DNA of 64,000 bases, from positions 30,010,001-30,074,000 of the forward strand of contig NC_086108.1 in the NCBI RefSeq assembly GCF_963921235.1, written 5' to 3'. This stretch comes from Mobula hypostoma (lineage: Eukaryota). The position numbers were made by a program, and so were the translations under genes. Of the stretch, positions 35,270 through 48,989 are shown piece after piece. Under the pieces are notes generated by a model. It did not search any database and had not been told where the DNA came from. It saw only the letters and a list, made by a program, of their open reading frames with translations. Every line of letters starts with the position of its first letter. Position 1 is the stretch's first letter.

Positions 35270-38200
35270 TTTGTGCACCACGGTTCCCAATGAGCAATGG
35301 CAGTTGGTAAGGTCCAGTACAAATAAGTTAACTTAAAGCAGTGTGTGCATTTTGTGAGTGGGTGAGTGTTGGATTTAAGGCTTTGGATCATCGAGGTTGC
35401 CAAGCAGGATAGTGGAATGCTTTGCCTGTAGGATGTGGGAAATCAGGGAAACGTCCAGTATTCAGGAAACCTTCAAGAAACGCATTCAGCTGTAGTTTCT
35501 AACAGACTGATTTAAGGAGTTGGAGATGGAACTGGATGAGCTCCAGTTCATTAGAGAGGTTGAGGAATTGATGGACAGGACATACAGGGAGATAGTTACA
35601 CCTGCCTGCATGTAGGGCACATATAAGTAAGTGACTGTCAGGAGGGGTAAAGGGGTTAGGTAGACAGTGCAGAGAACCTCTTTGGCTGTTCCCTTCAACA
35701 ACAGGTATACAGCTTAGGATATTGCTGGGAAGATGATCTTGCAGAAGAAAGCAGCAGCAGTCAGGTCTCTGGCACTAGTCTGGCGCTGTGGCTTAGAAGG
35801 GAATGGGGGAGAAGAGGTGAGCTGTGGTGATAAGGAACTTGTTGGTTCAGGGAACAGAAAGGAGGTTCTGTGGATGAGAATGAGATTCCCAGATGGTCCC
35901 AGGGTCAGGGATATCTCAGTTTGAGTCCTTAGCGTTCTAGAGTAGGAGGGTGGGCAGCCAGAGATCGTGGTCCACTTCAGTATCAATGACATGGGTAGGA
36001 TGAGTGAGGAGGTCCTGTAAAGTGAGTTCAGGGATTTAGGTGCTAAGTTAAAGGACAGGACATCCAGGGTTGCTGCCCATACAATGTGCTAGTGACGCTA
36101 GAAATAGGAAGATCATACAGATTAATATGTGGCTAAGGCGTTAGAGCAGGAGGAAGGGCTTCAGATTTTTGGATCATTGGGCTCTCTTCCAGGAAAGACA
36201 GGACCTGTCTCGAAGGGATGGTTTACACCTGAACTGGAGGGGGACTGATAGCATAGTAGGAAGGTTGCTAGTGCTGCACGGGGTGGGGGAGTTAAATTAG
36301 ACTGTTGCAGGGGGATGGGAACCAGAGCACCAGAATAGACAGTGGAGTGATTGTGGAGAAAGATGTTAAGCCTTCATACAAGGTCAGGAATCAAAAAGTT
36401 GAGCATGGTAGGAGTAATGTTCTGAGCAGCGTATATTTGAATGAAACAGTATTGTCGGTATGACGGATGGGCGTAAGGCATAAATCAGCACATGGAGTTA
36501 TGACACTAGCCATTAGTGAGACATGGTTGTGGGAGAGTTAGGGACAGGCAGCTTAGTGATCCAGCGTTCTGTTGTTTTAGATTTGATAGAGCGCGAGGTT
36601 TATAGGTGGAGTATTGGCATTACTAGTCAGGGAAAACGTTATGCCAGTGCACAGACAGAACAGAATGGAGAGCGCTTCCACTGAGGCTTTACGTGTGGAA
36701 CTGAGGAATAAGAAAGGTATGACAATGCTAACAAGATTATATAATAGACCATCCAATGGTCCATTGAACTTAGAGGAGGAAATTTGTGGAGAGATCGCAG
36801 ACTGTTGGAAGAAACAGGCTGTGATAGTCGATGATTTTAGCTTTCCACATATTGACTAGGACTCCCAAAGGGACTGGATGTGAAGGAGTTTGTTAAATGC
36901 GTTCAGGCAAGTTTCTTTAATTAGTACGTAAAGTCCCATCTAGAGAGAGTGCAATACTAGATCTCCTAATAGGAAATGAGACAGGGTAGGTGACAGAGGT
37001 TTGTAGGGGAACACTTTGCATCTAGTGATCATAATGCCATTAGTTTCATGGTAGCTATGGAAAAGGATGGGTCTGGTCTTTGGGTTGAGATTCCAATCTG
37101 GAGAAAGGCCAATTTTAATGATTTCAGAATGGATCTGTCAAGTGTGGATTGGGACAAAGGTGTACTTGGTCAGTGGGAGATCTTTTAAAGTGAAATTTTG
37201 AGAATACAGTGTTTGTATGTTCCTGTCAGAATAAAGGGCAAGGAAAAAAGGTTGATGGAACTTTGGTTTTCAAAAGATATTGAGGCTCTGGCTAACGAAA
37301 AGAAGGAGGTACATAGGCAGTATAGGCAGGCAGAAACAAATGGAATGCATGAGAAGTATAAAGAACACTCAAGAAAGAAATCAGGAGGGCTAAAAGAAGG
37401 CATGAGGTTGCCCTAGCAGACAAGGTGAAGAAGAATCCTAAGGTCTTCTACATGTATATTAAGAGCAAAAGGATAGAAAGGGGCAAAATTGGTCCTCTGG
37501 AAGATCAAAGTGATCATGTAAGAGTAGAGCCAAAAAAGATGGGGGAGATTTTAAATGGGTTGTTTGCATCTGTATTTACTTGGGAGATGGACACAGAGTC
37601 TATAGATGAGAGGCAAAGCAGCAATGAGGACATCGACCCCATAAAGATTACAGAGGAGGAGGTGTTTGCTGTCTTGAGGCAGATTAGGGTGGATAAATTC
37701 CCAGGGCCTGCCTATTTGGACTTTATCAAAGCCTTTGACAATGTCCCACATGAGAGGTTGGTCAAGAAGGTTTATTCGCTTGGCATTCAAGATGAGGTAA
37801 TAAATTGGATTACACATCAGCTTCACAGAAGAAGCTCATGAGTGGTCATAGATGTAGATTGTTGCCTCTCTGACTGGAAGCCTGTAACTAGTGGTGAGCC
37901 GCAGGGCTTGGTGAGACTACAACTAGAGGGCATAGGTTAAGGGTGAAAAATGAAATGTTTAAGGGAAATAATGAGGGGGAACTTCTTCACTCAGAGGGTG
38001 GTGAGAGTACGGAATGAGCTGCCAGCAGGGGTGGTGGATGAAGAGTGGCTTTCATCATTGAAGAGAAATTTGGATAGGTACATGGATGGGAGGGGTCTGG
38101 CGTACTATGGTCCAGATGCAGATCGATGGGAACGAGGCACATTCGACTAGATGGGCCAAAGGTCCTGTTTCTGTGCTGTCGTGTTCAATGATTCTATGAC
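35270..38200 (+). mobile_element. Old CR1 LINE with ORF1 (zinc finger/esterase) and deleted ORF2 remnants
   Basis: 'ECFACRMWE', 'VVHFSINDMG', 'DGLHLN' ORF1 remnants; 'DDFSFPHID', 'YLDFIKAFDNVPH', 'NFFTQRVV'. Confidence 0.82.
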
Positions 38201-38309
38201 TTCCAGAAGAATTATAGGGGAATAAAGTTAAGGTCAGTTTGCATTATAACCTCATGTTACATATTGTCCTAATGGCTGCATCAGACATTGAGAGTAGATC
38301 AATCAAAAT

Positions 38310-39400
38310 GATTTAATGTCATTTCAAGAACACAAGTGTAAAGGAGAATGAAATAATTGTTACTCAAGCTCTGATGCAGAACCGAAAAACAGTAAGATAA
38401 AGAACTCAAAAATAATTTAAAAACATGAAATATAAACACATTTATATTTAGGATAGCTTATATAGGTAGTTAAGATAACTTATATACATAGATTGATATG
38501 TATGTCCATAAAGTGATCATATTTCTTTGTTCATAGGCACAGGTTTGTCAGTGCAGAAGGCGACTGACATGAAATGATAAAGTAGTGGTAGTTGGGGGTG
38601 TGAAGGAGTGTGTTAGTGGATGGAGGTGCTGATCAGCCTTACTGCTTGGGGAAAGTAGCTGTTTTTGAGTCTTGTGGCTTGGATGTTTCATAGCCTCCTC
38701 CTTAATGGGAGTGGGACAAACAGTCCATGAACAGGGTGGATTGGATCTTTAATGATGTTACTGGCCCTATACTGGCACATTTCTGAATATATGTTCTTGC
38801 GGCTGGTGTCAGTGATGCATTGGGCAGTTTTGACTACCCATTGTAGAACCTTTCTGTCTGCAGCAGTGCAGTTTCCGTAACATGCAGTGACGCAGCTCGT
38901 TAGGACGCTCTCTACTGTGCATCTGTAGAATGACGTGAGATCTCTTCAGTCTCCTCAGAAAACAGAGGTATTGGTGAGTTTTCCTGATTATGTAGAATGC
39001 GTTCTCGGACCATGAGAGGCTGTGTGAGATATGCACTCCCACGAGTTTGAAACTGCTTGCCGTTTCCACAGCTGTACAACAGATGTAAAGAGGGGTGTGA
39101 GTTCTCCCGAAGTTGATCACCATCTCCTTTTTCTTGCTGACACCAAACCTCAGGCTCTTCCACCTCCTCTCTGTAGGCTGTCTCCTTACTGTTGGTGATG
39201 AGACCCACCGTTGTCCAGTATCAGCAAACTTGACAATGTGATTACTTGGATGTTTGGTCATGCAGTCATGTGTGAGCAGAATGTACAGCAGTAGGCTCAG
39301 CACACTGCCCTGGGGGACACCCATGTTGAGGATGATGGGGAGGGAGAAGCGATTGTGCATCCTGACTAAATGAGGTCTGTTTGTTAGGATGTTTAACACC
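38310..39400 (-). mobile_element. Rex1/Babar-like LINE RT/3' fragment
   Basis: 'GVPQGSVLSLLLYILLTHDC...VKFAD', 'ETAYREEV'. Confidence 0.8.
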
Positions 39401-40350
39401 TAGTTGAACAGTGATGTACTTAGACCAAAAAGTCGCAGTTTGTTCCCACAATCTATCTTCTCATTTTCACAGACTCTTCATCTCATGTTCTCAATATTTA
39501 TTTCTTCTTCTTATTATTATTATTCTCTTTTTGTATTTGTGCAATTTGTTGTCTTTTGCCATTGGTTGGTTGTCCGACCTGTTGGGTGTGGTCTTTCATT
39601 GATTCTACTGTGTTTTTTGGATTTAATGTGTATGTTTGCTAGAAAATGAATCTCAGGGTTGTTTTTGGTGACATATATAGTAAGTACTTCAATAATAAAT
39701 TTACTTTGAACTTTACGGGGGTTGACTGTGCAGTCTTTCTCACATCTGCTGCTGTTACAGACAGTGGCTGCTTACCTGGGTGGGGAATTGTTTTTGTGGC
39801 TCATGTTATGTTGTATACCTTGGAGTGCGCATAAAAGTTATTTTGAGCATCAGAGAGGGAGGTATCACTGGCACAGTTGATGCTGTTTCTCCTTGCGTAG
39901 TCAGTAATACTCCTGATGCTCAGCCACATAAGCTGGAGATCATTATCAGACAGGTGTGCCTGAACTTTTTGTATCTATGTAGTCCTTGCCCTCTTGAAGC
40001 CTTATACGAGATTTCTCCTGATTAGTTTGTGACTTTGACCCTAGAAGATAAATAGATTATTGGTTGCACAATTACCTTTTGAGTTCAGTTCGTCAGCATT
40101 CTCAGAACTAGTCCCATGTTTCACATTAAGCAATAGTATCATGGCAGGGCATCTTAGATTAATTCTTTATAAACTCGGTCCATTGCTTCTGTTTATAAGG
40201 AATCCTCTGTCTGAAGTCTTCTCACATGGTTTCTCTGAGAGTTGTTCTGTCACCAGACCTGAAAGCAATATCCTGGGCTTTTAGTAGGGAACACACCTCT
40301 GTATTCAGCCATGGCTTCTCGCTGGGCTGTGAGATGACTGTTCTTTAGGT

Positions 40351-41112
40351 CAGGGGTCCCCAACCTTTTCTGCACCACGGACCGGTTTAATATTGACAAT
40401 ATTCTTGCGGACCGGCTGACTGGGGGGTGGGGGGGGTGTTCAAGCAGGGTTAAACTCACCTCAACATGTCTTTTACAGTTAGAGTTGCCAACTTTCTCAC
40501 TCCCAAATAAGGGACAAAAGTAGCAGTCAAATCCCGGGACACTTTACCCCGGTTAAGACTACCATGACCATGAAGCCTTGCGTGGGCACCTGTGTGCACA
40601 TGCGTGACGTGCGCAAGTGATGCACACATGGGCGCACATCCCGATTTTTTTCCCCCACAAATCGGTTTTGACTTCATCTTCCCGACTATACTGTACATAC
40701 ATTATTTCTACTTTATATAGGCTTTGTATTTATCATATCATTCCTGCTTTTGCTATATGTTAGTGTTGTTTATTTTCAGCTTTATGTGCTATTTGGTATG
40801 ATTTGTTAGGTTATTTTTTGGGTTTGCGAATGCTCAAAAAATTTTCCCATATAAATTAATGGTAATTGTTTCTTCGCTTCACGCCATTTCGGCACGAAAG
40901 GTTTCATAGGACGCTCTACCTTGGTGGGGGAAATAAGGGACAAACCATTTAGCCCAATATACGGGATGTCCTGGCAAATACGGGACAGTTGGCAACCCTA
41001 TGTTCAAGTTCAACAGTGCGTGACAGGGAATTAGGAAAGGTGCAGCTGACTCATATTGTTTCCTCACAGCCTGGTAGCACATGCTTTGCGGCCCGGTGGT
41101 TGGGGACCACTG
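40351..41112. mobile_element. hAT/Charlie-type MITE containing a second hAT MITE, which contains a Tigger-derived fragment
   Basis: Outer TIRs caggggtccccaacc / ggttggggaccactg with 8-bp TSD CTTTAGGT (40343-40350 and 41113-41120); inner element 40445-41000 with 8-bp TSD TGTTCAAG; 40690-40925 matches the 3' part of the Tigger at 51159-54221. Confidence 0.85.
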
Positions 41113-41434
41113 CTTTAGGTATCAATGTTGTCTACACACTTACTGAGATAGCCAATGACAGATAAAGCATATTCCTCGAGATCTACATTTTCTCCATTTG
41201 TTGCAGCTTCCTTCCACATCTGCTAGATGGTCCATTCAGAACAGTCTTGTAGCATAGAGATGGCCTCATTAGTCCATACAGTGATGATCCTCTTGACTGG
41301 TTTCTCCATTTTCAGCCGCAGTCGATATGCTGGGATTAATATTATGGAGATGTGGTCAGACAGGCCAAGATGAGGGCATGGGATGGCTTTGTATGTACCA
41401 TGTCTGTTTGTATTAACATGGTCCAGAAATCGTT

Positions 41435-41648
41435 AACAAAGTTTTTTTACACAGAGCGGTGAGTACGTGGAATCTCCTGCTAGGGATGGTGGTAGAGACA
41501 GATGCATTAGGGCCATTTAAGAAACTCTTAGATAGGCACATGGATGATAGAAAGATGGAGAGTTAGATTGATTCTAGAGTGAGTTAAATGGTCAGCACAA
41601 CATCATGGAGTAAAGGGCCTGTACCATGCTACACTGTTCTATGTTTTA
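41435..41648 (+). mobile_element. CR1 extreme 3' fragment
   Basis: 'FFTQ...WNLL', 'FKKLLDRHMD', tail 'gggcctgtaccatgctacactgttctatg'. Confidence 0.65.
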
Positions 41649-41780
41649 AATAGTCTGGGACACATCTGAGTGACTGCTAGCTGGGAGCTGTAGGTCGAAA
41701 ACCGCTTTGCTTCTGCCAAATGTTAATGCCATTGCCAGCATCACCTCATCAACTACCATGTGAGAAGTCTTTAAACAGTG

Positions 41781-41824
41781 AATTCCTTATAAACTATAAC
41801 AATGGACCTAGTTTATAAGGAATT
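41781..41824. repeat. Perfect 16-bp inverted repeat with 12-nt spacer
   Basis: AATTCCTTATAAACTA-taacaatggacc-TAGTTTATAAGGAATT. Confidence 0.9.
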
Positions 41825-42557
41825 AATCTAAGATGGTCTGCCATAATGCTATTGCTTAATGTGAAACATGGGACTAGCTCTGAGAATGCTGATGGACTGA
41901 ACTTAAAAGGTAATTTTGCAAGTTATTTGTCTTCTTGGGTCAAAGTCACAAACTAATCAGTGTGAAGCCTGTTAAAGATAAAGAGAGCTTCAATTTACAT
42001 AGATCTTAGATGCCCAGAAGATTCCACAAAGAGCATAGAACTGCCCAGTCAGTTAATGCATGACCGGTGATTGTGTTTGAGTCAAGGTGGTGAGGTCGTC
42101 GTCATTGTAGTCATTGTGAAAGCAGCAAGTGGTGGTGCAATCACATTACCATCTCATCCTCTAACATTGCAGGGTCTCATACTGGGTTCTGGACTAAAAT
42201 GCTGAAATGAGACTTGAGGTTGTCAGCTCGTACTAAAAACAGAAGCTCTTTGACCAGTAACCCTTAGCTACTCAGCATATTTTTCTAAAGAAATTGCAGA
42301 GGAAAGGAGGATTGACAGTAAGAAGGAAGTAAAGGGAATTAAGTTCAGAGCATTCACAAGGAGATTCCAATCCACTCCTTCATGAGGATAGGCAGGCTGA
42401 TACTGAGAGATTCAGGAGGATTGATGAAGTGTATTCATAAGGATACCAAATTTCACAAAAACATTCCTAAATTGTTTTCCCATTAACTAAAGCCAAATAG
42501 GAACCTTTGGTCAGTGGTGTAAACCTCTTCCCCTGCCATCCAGTAAAATTGCTGAAA

Positions 42558-43635
42558 AAAGAGAAAATCTGCAGATGCTGGAAATCCAAGCAACACACAC
42601 AAGATGCTGGAGAAACTCAGCAGGCCAGGCAGCATCTATGGAAAAGAGTACTGTGGACATTTTGGGCTGAGACCCTTCAGCAGGATTAGAGAAGAAAAAA
42701 TGAGTCGATTTGAAACGTGGAGGGAGGGGAGTTAGAAACACAAGATGATAGGTGAAAGCGGGAAGTGGAGGGTGAAGTAAAGAGCTGGGAAGTTGATTGG
42801 TGAAAGAGATACAGGGCAGGAGAAGGGGGAGTCTCATAGGAGAGAACAGAAGGCCATGGAAGAAAGAAGAGGGGATGGAGTACCAGAGGGGGGCAACGGC
42901 TAGGCAGGAAGATGAGGTGGGAGAAGGAAAAGGGGATGGGGAATGGTGAGGGGAGGGGGTGGAGAGGCCATTACCGGAAGTTCAAGAAATTGATGTTCAT
43001 GCTATCAGGTTGGAGGCTATCCAAGCGGAATATAAGGTTTCTCCAACCTGAGGGTGGCCTCGTCGCAATGGGAATGGAAAGTGGAATTAAAATGGGTGGC
43101 TGCTGGGAGATCCCACTTTTTCTGGCAGACAGAGTGTAGGTGCTCAGCGAAGCGGTCTCCCAATCTAAGTCGGGTCTCACCAATATACAGGAGGCCAAAT
43201 TGGGAGCACTGGGCACAGTATATGACCCCAATAGACTCACAGGTGAAGTGTCACCTCACATGGAAGGACTGTTTGGGGCCCTGAAATGTAGTGAGGGAGG
43301 AGGTGTAGGGGCAGGTGTAGCACTTGTTCTGCTTGCAAGGGAAGTGCCAGGAGGGAGATCAGTGGGGAGGGATGAACGGATAAGGGAGTCGCGTAGGGAG
43401 CGATCCCTGCAGAAAGGAGAAAATGTGGGGGGGGGTGGAGGGAAAGACTTTCTTGGTGGTGGGATCCTGATACAGATGGCGGATGTTACGGAGAATTATA
43501 TGCTGGACACGCAGGCTGGTGGGGTGGTGTGTGAGGACAAGAGGAACCCTATCCCTGGTAGGGTGGCGGAAGGATGGGGTGAGGGCAGACGTGTGTGAAA
43601 TAGAAGAGATGCGGTTGAGGGCAGCATTGATGGTG
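42558..43635 (-). mobile_element. Penelope-like element: RT-C-terminal linker, GIY-YIG and tail, decayed
   Basis: 'RDRVPLVLTHHPTSLRVQHIILRN', 'YIGETR', 'LIFRLDSLQPDSMNINFLNF'; degenerate hammerhead at ~42652-42687. Confidence 0.85.
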
Positions 43636-44249
43636 AAACAAAATTTCGGCTTCTGTTTGTAAGGAGGTTCTAGCAAGCCTGAAGGATTCAAAGTGCATTT
43701 ATTATCGCAGTATGCTGTATGTATAAGTATACAACCCTGAGATTCTTCTTCCCACAGGCAGCCACGAAACAAAGAAAACCATGCAACCTGCTCAAAGAAA
43801 AACTTCAAACCACACCCCACGTGCAAATTAAAGAAAACGAGCAAAAAAACACAGAATATAAAGCAGAAAATCGAAGGAGTCTAGGCATATTCAGTTCAGC
43901 TCAGTTCATTTCAATCTCGTGCCTTGTCATTCATTATTGGCAGGCTGCCCCGATCAAAACTGCTCAAAACAGCAACAAGAAAGGGAGTGACCATCAACCA
44001 GAAACACATCATAACGTTAACTACAGAATCCAATCCACAAACCACTTCGATTAAACCTTGCCCCAGATAATTCTGATGTGAAATGGCTAACTATGCAGGA
44101 TCCAACTATGTTCCTTTCATTGAGTTTTTAAAATATTTCCTTCTGATGGTCATCACATCCTAAAATACCGAAAAATAATCAAATTCTAGTTTTTGCTCAT
44201 GCTTTGTGTTCTAGGCCAACAGCTCCTGGAATAATGCATTAATGAGCAG

Positions 44250-44635
44250 AGACAGGTAGATACTTTATTGATCCCAAAGGAAATTACAGTGCCGGGGTAC
44301 CATTACAAGTGCACAGGTATAAATATTGGTAGAGAAGTAGAAAGAATAAAAATTAAGTCACAGTCTAACGGTGGTGGGGGGGGGGGGGAGGTCAACACTT
44401 CCCTGCCTATAGGTTGACTCATTATAGAGCCTAAAGGCCGAGGGTAAGAATGACCTCACATAGCGCTCTTTGGAGCAACGCAGTTGTCTTAGACTATTAT
44501 TAAAAGTGCTCCTCTGTTCAGCCAAGGTGGCGTGCAGAGGGTGAGCAACATTGTCCAGAATTGCTAGGGTTTTCTGTAGGGTCCTTTGTTCTACCACAGC
44601 CTCCAGTGTGTCCAGTTTGACACCTATAACAGCCT
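44250..44635 (-). mobile_element. Rex1/L2-like LINE 3' fragment
   Basis: 'ILDNVAHPLH...RYVRSFLPSAFRLYN'; 'gggatcaataaagta' tail. Confidence 0.7.
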
Positions 44636-46659
44636 GTATGAGGGAAGGAATGAATTGCAAACTACAGGAAAATAAGTAGAATGGGACTTATGGAAGTACT
44701 GGGATGTAATACTGGCAGCTGCTACTAGTTTGATGGATAGAAAGCCTCTGTGGTGTTGTAAGTATAAGGCGTTAACAGATATTATGTATTAAAACACAAC
44801 ATTTTTTGCTTTACTAACGATGTTGACACCTCTTCAATCTTTGGGAAGATTTCTGCATGCAGCTTGCCCTATGGAAAAGATAGATTCCCCAACCACCAAT
44901 AGGAATCTCAGAAAATCCTATGATGTGTCTTCAGTCATCCCAATTCAGTGGTCTTGATTGAAAAATGGATTTAATGTCATATAATTTGATGTTATAAAAT
45001 GTTACAGGTTTTGAGAAGGTAGGTGCAGAGATGATGTTCCTTCTGGCTATAGGTTCTGAAAGTCACAGACTTCCAGAAAGTCAGATACAAACTGTTACCT
45101 TGTGTAGTCATTCTGGAGAGAGAGAGAGATCTATAGATTTTTAGAATTAAGGGAATAATGCTGTGAAAAAGAGCTGAGCTAGGAAATTAATTATGTTCTT
45201 ACTGTAATGGAACAAGCAGAAGAGGCTTTCTCCTGCTTAGATTTCTAATATTCTTCAGTTCCAGATCACTAGTAAACATTCTGGCATCAGTCTTCTCTAG
45301 TCACTGTGAAAACACAGGCTATGCTGTACAATAGGATGAACACTATAATCAGCACTAAAAGATATGATTTCAGGCCTGGAAAAGATATGAACGCTCCTAT
45401 TTTCTTTCGTTCTGCTGTTCAATGCAAGTGCAGTTGCACTTTTAAAGATTTAGCGATTAGCTGTATTTGTCACATGTACGTTGCAACACACAGTGAAATG
45501 TGTCATTTTGCGTCAATGACCAGCACAGTCTGAGGATTGTGCTGGGGACAGCTCACAAGTGTCGGCATGCTTCTGGTGCCAATATAGCAGACTCATAACT
45601 TACTAAACCTAACCACCCGTCTTTTGAATGTGGGAGGGAATCGGAGCGGCTGGATGAAATCCAGGGAAAATGTAGAAACTCCTTACAGACAATGAATCAA
45701 ACCTGCAGGGAATTAAACACTGATCAGTGATTGCTGCCATTGTAAAACAATTGCACTAATCGTTAAGCCACCAAGCCGCCCGTTTGGAGTGAAGTCATCC
45801 ACTCTTCTAGTCTGCATGGGCTTGTACTGTTGAGCTTCCTAAAGCTTGACATGAAGTGCTACCACCCACTCAGTTCACGCTGATATTTTTACCTTGCTCA
45901 CATCTCTTCCAGCAACCATTGCTAGACCTGTGCCATAATATAAATTAAAATTTTGCCTTAGTTAGCTTGCTCCATCCAGATCTGAGCATGAGACATTCAG
46001 AAGAACTTTAGAACAGAAGAGAAGAGGAATGTCTCACGGAAACGGAGGGATGAGATGGACTGGAGAAGGTGCAGGCAGGGGTAGTTGTTCAGTGCTTACG
46101 TGGCTAAGTGGAGAATTCATGTGAAGAGTTTAAAATCATGAAAAGATCGATACAGTGAGAAGAAAATGTTTCCAGTGGCTGATGGAAGTAGAAGCAAAGG
46201 GCACACGACAAAAGAACCACAGGCACCAAAGAGGATAAATATGTTTTACACAGTCACAGTGTCCAACACTAATATCACTTGGTCAATAATATTGACCAAG
46301 CTCCCATTGGCAAGACAGATTCCCACAACAACGATTGCACTTCACACAATGTACTTCATTGTCTTTGGATTGTCCTGAGGCATGAAATGTGCTTTAAATG
46401 CAAGTATTTTGTTCTTCTTCATGTAGCTGTGTAATGAGTTATGGCAACAACATACAAACATATCAAAGCAAACACAAGCTGAAGTAGCATCAAAGGGAAA
46501 TAGGTGACATGGCCTGACAGCACTCCATTCAAACAAAGACTAAGTTTGATGTTAAAGATAAAAAGGTATATTGGAGTCAATGACAATTTTCTATAACTGA
46601 CATTTACAAGTTCTGATGTGTTGACCCTTGGTTTTATTGCAATGTATAATAGATAAAAA

Positions 46660-47618
46660 AAGGTTCAAAGGTTCATTTATTATCAATGCATGTATTCATA
46701 TAGAACTCTGAAATTTGTATTTCTTCAGATCGCCACATAACAAAGAAAGAACATGAAAGCCATTCAGAGAGAAACATCAAACCCATCCCCCTCCTGTACA
46801 AGAAAGAACAGCATCGCAATAATCAACCCCCAAAACCCCCTCCCCCACACAAAGCAGAACAAGAACATTGACCCACCCAATAAAACAACCCCTCCTCTCG
46901 CACAAAGCAGAACAAGAACATTGACCCACCCAATAAAATAACCCCTTCCCCGCACAAAAAACTAACAGAACATATACCCTTAAACGCCCTCCCTTCACAG
47001 AACAAAACAGAATAGGAACGGGCAATATAAAAAAGTAAGAGCTGTAAGTCTGAAAAAGTCCTCAGTTCATAAATGCAACAGTCCAATCCGTAAACACAGA
47101 ACCATGACACTATCCTATGATGTCACCGACATTCATCGTCAGAGAGAGACACCACACGAGGCAGAGAGGCCTACCTGCCTGCCACAGCGAGCCACACAGC
47201 GATAGGCCGCTAGCTGACTGCAGACTCCTTCTCTAGCAATGATCAAAAGGAAGACAGTTGGCACTGAAACTCTCGCTCATTCACCTCAATGTCTCAGTCT
47301 TCCTCGACACTTTAATCAGAGATTAATACACACTTTAAATGGCAAAATGGAGTCAAACATCAGCTTGCACTGTCTCAAAGTTTCTTTGCACTGAGGCTGT
47401 CTGAGTATGCGCTCACTTCCCAGAATCTTCTTGGAGCCAGTAAAGCACTGGATCACTCAAGTGATCTCTAAACCATAAATCACAGGCTCTAATTGTCCCA
47501 GAAACATATTTAAGGTGAATAACAGAGGTAGAAGTAGTAAGAAAGCTATTTTCATTTGCTGTCTGGTAGATGTCGATGGAGGGAGCATTTTATGCTGGTG
47601 CTATCTTGACCAGAAGTC
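46660..47618 (-). mobile_element. Non-coding non-LTR-type element, same family as 5942-6820
   Basis: Shared 5' end; internal ~52-bp tandem repeat at 46847-46955; 'aataaatgaacctttgaacc' tail. Confidence 0.6.
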
Positions 47619-47619
47619 C

Positions 47620-48125
47620 TTGATAAGGTAGGTCCTTAATGATAGATGCTGTTTTCCTGTGACAACAGTTGGTGTAGATATGCTCAATGGTGGGGAAGGC
47701 TTTACCTGTGATGGGCTGGGCTGTATTCTCTACTTTTGGTAGGCTTTACTGTTTAAGGGCATTGGTGTTCCATACCAAGCCATGATGCTACCAGTCAATA
47801 TATTCTCCATTACACATCTATTGAAGTTGGTCAAAGTTTGAGATCTCTTCATAAACTTCTCAGGAAGTAGAGGTGCTGCCGTGATTTCTTCGTAATGGAT
47901 TTATGTGCTGGACCCAGGACGTATCCTCTGAAATGATAACAACAAGGGGTTTAAAGTTGCTAACTCTCTCCACCTTTGATCCCCTGAAGATGACTGGCTC
48001 ATGGACCTCGGTGTCCTTTTTCTGAAGTCGATAATTAAACGTGAGATTGTTGTTGTGGCACTACTCAGCTAGATTTTCAGTTTCCTCCGATATGCTGATT
48101 CATTCCAATCTTTGATTTGGCCTAC
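47620..48125 (-). mobile_element. Rex1/Babar-like LINE fragment
   Basis: Homologous to 10540-11060 ('FKPLVVIISED', 'IENILTGSIMAWYG'). Confidence 0.7.
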
Positions 48126-48989
48126 CAAATAGCCTATATTATAGCACCTTCATTATCTTTATTCCCCTCTAGCAACCACATTTGTCTTAGTTCTTCATCT
48201 CCTTTCCATTTATTCTCTTCTACCTTGCTTCTCGTCAAAGACATTCTCTTTTGTAGTTTGCCTTTCTCAACCCTGTCTCTATACTTGCTTAAGGCCCGTT
48301 ATATCCCTAACATCTTCTAATTTAATTTAAATGTGGCAGACCCAAATCATTAATATAGCCATTCCTCTGCAGACCTGTACATTGCAGGAAGATGGACAAC
48401 TTGTAAAAGCAAGATGTTACGATTGATGTCTTGCGAGGTTATAAACCTGTGTGCCACTCAGACCAAGCAGATGCCTAAAGATATCTAACTGCCTTACTGC
48501 CAGTGTAAAAACACGCTTAAAATACTGCTTGCATTCACAGCACATTTAGGCTCTGCTAAGAGCCATTGAAAAAAGCTAGCACGAGCTTTATTTAAATGTG
48601 TCTTTTGTTTTTCTCTGGCTGTATGTGTAATTATATTCTAGTGAGTAGGAAGTACAGGCATAATATCTAAGTGCTGGTTTACTGCACCATCACCGTACAC
48701 TTTCTTGCTATGAAAATCCATGTAACTATTGCTATATGCTTTAGAGAATGGCACAGCGATTTAAAAGTCCACTACTTATAGGAAACATGGCACAATCAGT
48801 CTTCCACACAACTGCTCATCCACAAGCTCTAGTCAGGCAAGAATAAATTTGCTCTGTGTGTCACACTTTGAGCCCTGAAAGAAAGGTTATAGTGGTTTGT
48901 CATAGTGCCAGAGTAGGGCTTCCTTGGGAATCAATTTGCTCATTTCTATAGGGACAAGTAGACCAACACGATCCATTTTGAATGTCTAA

